A DNA stretch of 64,000 nucleotides from Candidatus Parcubacteria bacterium (GTDB taxonomy: Bacteria > Patescibacteriota > Minisyncoccia > Minisyncoccales > JAGLUP01), in assembly GCA_023134715.1 (NCBI GenBank), contig JAGLUP010000004.1:1301-65300 (forward strand), in the 5' to 3' direction. Made by a program: the position numbers and the translations under genes. The notes beneath the pieces were generated by a model. That model searched no databases, was not told the DNA's origin, and saw nothing but the letters and a program-made list of their open reading frames with translations. Positions 62,980 to 64,000 of this stretch are shown piece after piece. Every line of letters starts with the position of its first letter. The stretch's first letter is position 1.

Positions 62980-64000
62980 TTATGTTATAGACACTATTTT
63001 GGTTATTTCTTTTTGTTTTTTTTCTAATAATACTTTTGTTTTTGCTTCTATAACTAATTTTAAAATCGGCTCGGTATTGGAAGCGCGGATATTAAACCAC
63101 CAATCTTTAAAATCAATTCTCAAACCGTCTAAGCGGAAAATTTTCCCGTTTTTATATTTTTTTTCTAAAATTTTAAAAATCTTTTTTGAATCCTTGACTC
63201 TGAGAAAACGTATCTTTTTGGATTTATGATATATTTCATACGGCTTGACTATTTCTGAAAGCTTATTTTTTTTCTCTGACATTTCTTCTAATATTTTAAA
63301 TAAAACAAAAAATGGCGACTCGCAAAAATAATGCGTTTTTAAATAATAATGCCCAGAATACTCGCCTGCAAAAAAGATATTCTCTTTTCGCATTTTTTCT
63401 TTAATTAGAGAATGCCCCACCCTTCCCTTTATTGCAATGCCTTTATTTTTTTCTATTGTTTCTTTGACTATATTGCTAGAGCAAATATCATATAAAATTT
63501 TCTTTCCTGAATTTTTTCTTAAAATTATTTCGGAAATAACAGCTGTAATAACGTCAGACGGAATTGCCGCTCCCCTTTCGTCAGTAAAAATAATCCTATC
63601 TCCATCTCCGTCAAAAGCAATTTTCAAATCAGCTTTTGAGCAGTTAGAATAATAAATTTTACAGGGAAGTTTTGCTAAAATATTGCGAACCGCTTCTGAT
63701 GGCAAATTTTTAGGCAGAGCAACTACAATTTTAAAAGGTTTAATTTTCTGAAAATCAAAATCTGAAACAACAAATTTTACATAATCGCTAATAATTCTTT
63801 TTTTAATTATCTTCCCTCTCTTTTTGCTCCCCGTCACTTTTTTAGCAATGAATTTCTCCATCAACTTTTTAATCTCTTCTAATCCAGTTTCCCCGCTTAC
63901 TGAAATCGTTTTTTCTCTAACCACCTTAAAACCATTATATTCAACAGGATTGTGGCTGGCAGTAATTTCCACTCCTCCATCAAGCTCATAATAACCAACA
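62980..64000 (-). CDS. Phosphomannomutase/phosphoglucomutase, N-terminus off-window
   Basis: The active-site ITASHNP, FDGDGDR and GEYSGH are present. The frame stays open past 63972 to the window edge. Confidence 0.85.
   Translation of the reverse strand, partial: VGYYELDGGVEITASHNPVEYNGFKVVREKTISVSGETGLEEIKKLMEKFIAKKVTGSKKRGKIIKKRIISDYVKFVVSDFDFQKIKPFKIVVALPKNLPSEAVRNILAKLPCKIYYSNCSKADLKIAFDGDGDRIIFTDERGAAIPSDVITAVISEIILRKNSGKKILYDICSSNIVKETIEKNKGIAIKGRVGHSLIKEKMRKENIFFAGEYSGHYYLKTHYFCESPFFVLFKILEEMSEKKNKLSEIVKPYEIYHKSKKIRFLRVKDSKKIFKILEKKYKNGKIFRLDGLRIDFKDWWFNIRASNTEPILKLVIEAKTKVLLEKKQKEITKIVSIT

Overview
This is an AT-rich, gene-dense bacterial chromosome segment with about 70 genes, most on the minus strand, read with the standard genetic code. 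The content suggests a Candidate Phyla Radiation / Patescibacteria (Parcubacteria-like) genome, but that is inference, not proof. Supporting this are streamlined housekeeping genes (obg, ychF, valS, serS, trpS, rpoD, dnaG, groES/groEL, typA, secG, RNase J, htpX), archaeal-flavoured enzymes (cupin-type PGI, short PRPP synthase, inositol-1-P synthase), one giant surface protein and many secreted hypotheticals. There are three clean tRNAs (Asn-GTT, Ser-GGA, Leu-CAG) and one aberrant tRNA-Asp-like locus. I found no rRNA, CRISPR array, transposase, integrase or reverse transcriptase. The most unusual signals are at the nucleic-acid level. (1) A GC-rich palindromic element sits inside coding sequence, four times in the giant gene and once in rpoD in a different reading frame, which resembles Rickettsia palindromic elements. 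(2) Two families of long structured intergenic repeats carry interchangeable apical hairpins. (3) A three-hairpin GTGAAAT element lies next to start codons. (4) A recurring unit of terminator hairpin, TGGTAGAAT and ATG implies leaderless mRNAs. Accessory gene content includes a GHKL-ATPase + STAS-like pair with a possible HEPN-like neighbour, a radical-SAM/SPASM gene followed by a 20-codon ORF and a C39-like peptidase, and an AbiEii-type toxin cassette flanked by duplicated terminator-promoter units. It also includes a DUF134 / MinD-FeS x2 / CDF::NifX-like / NifX-like / DUF5320-like metal-cofactor cluster and an 8x four-cysteine repeat secreted protein. All functional calls rest on motif recognition by eye; no database search was run.
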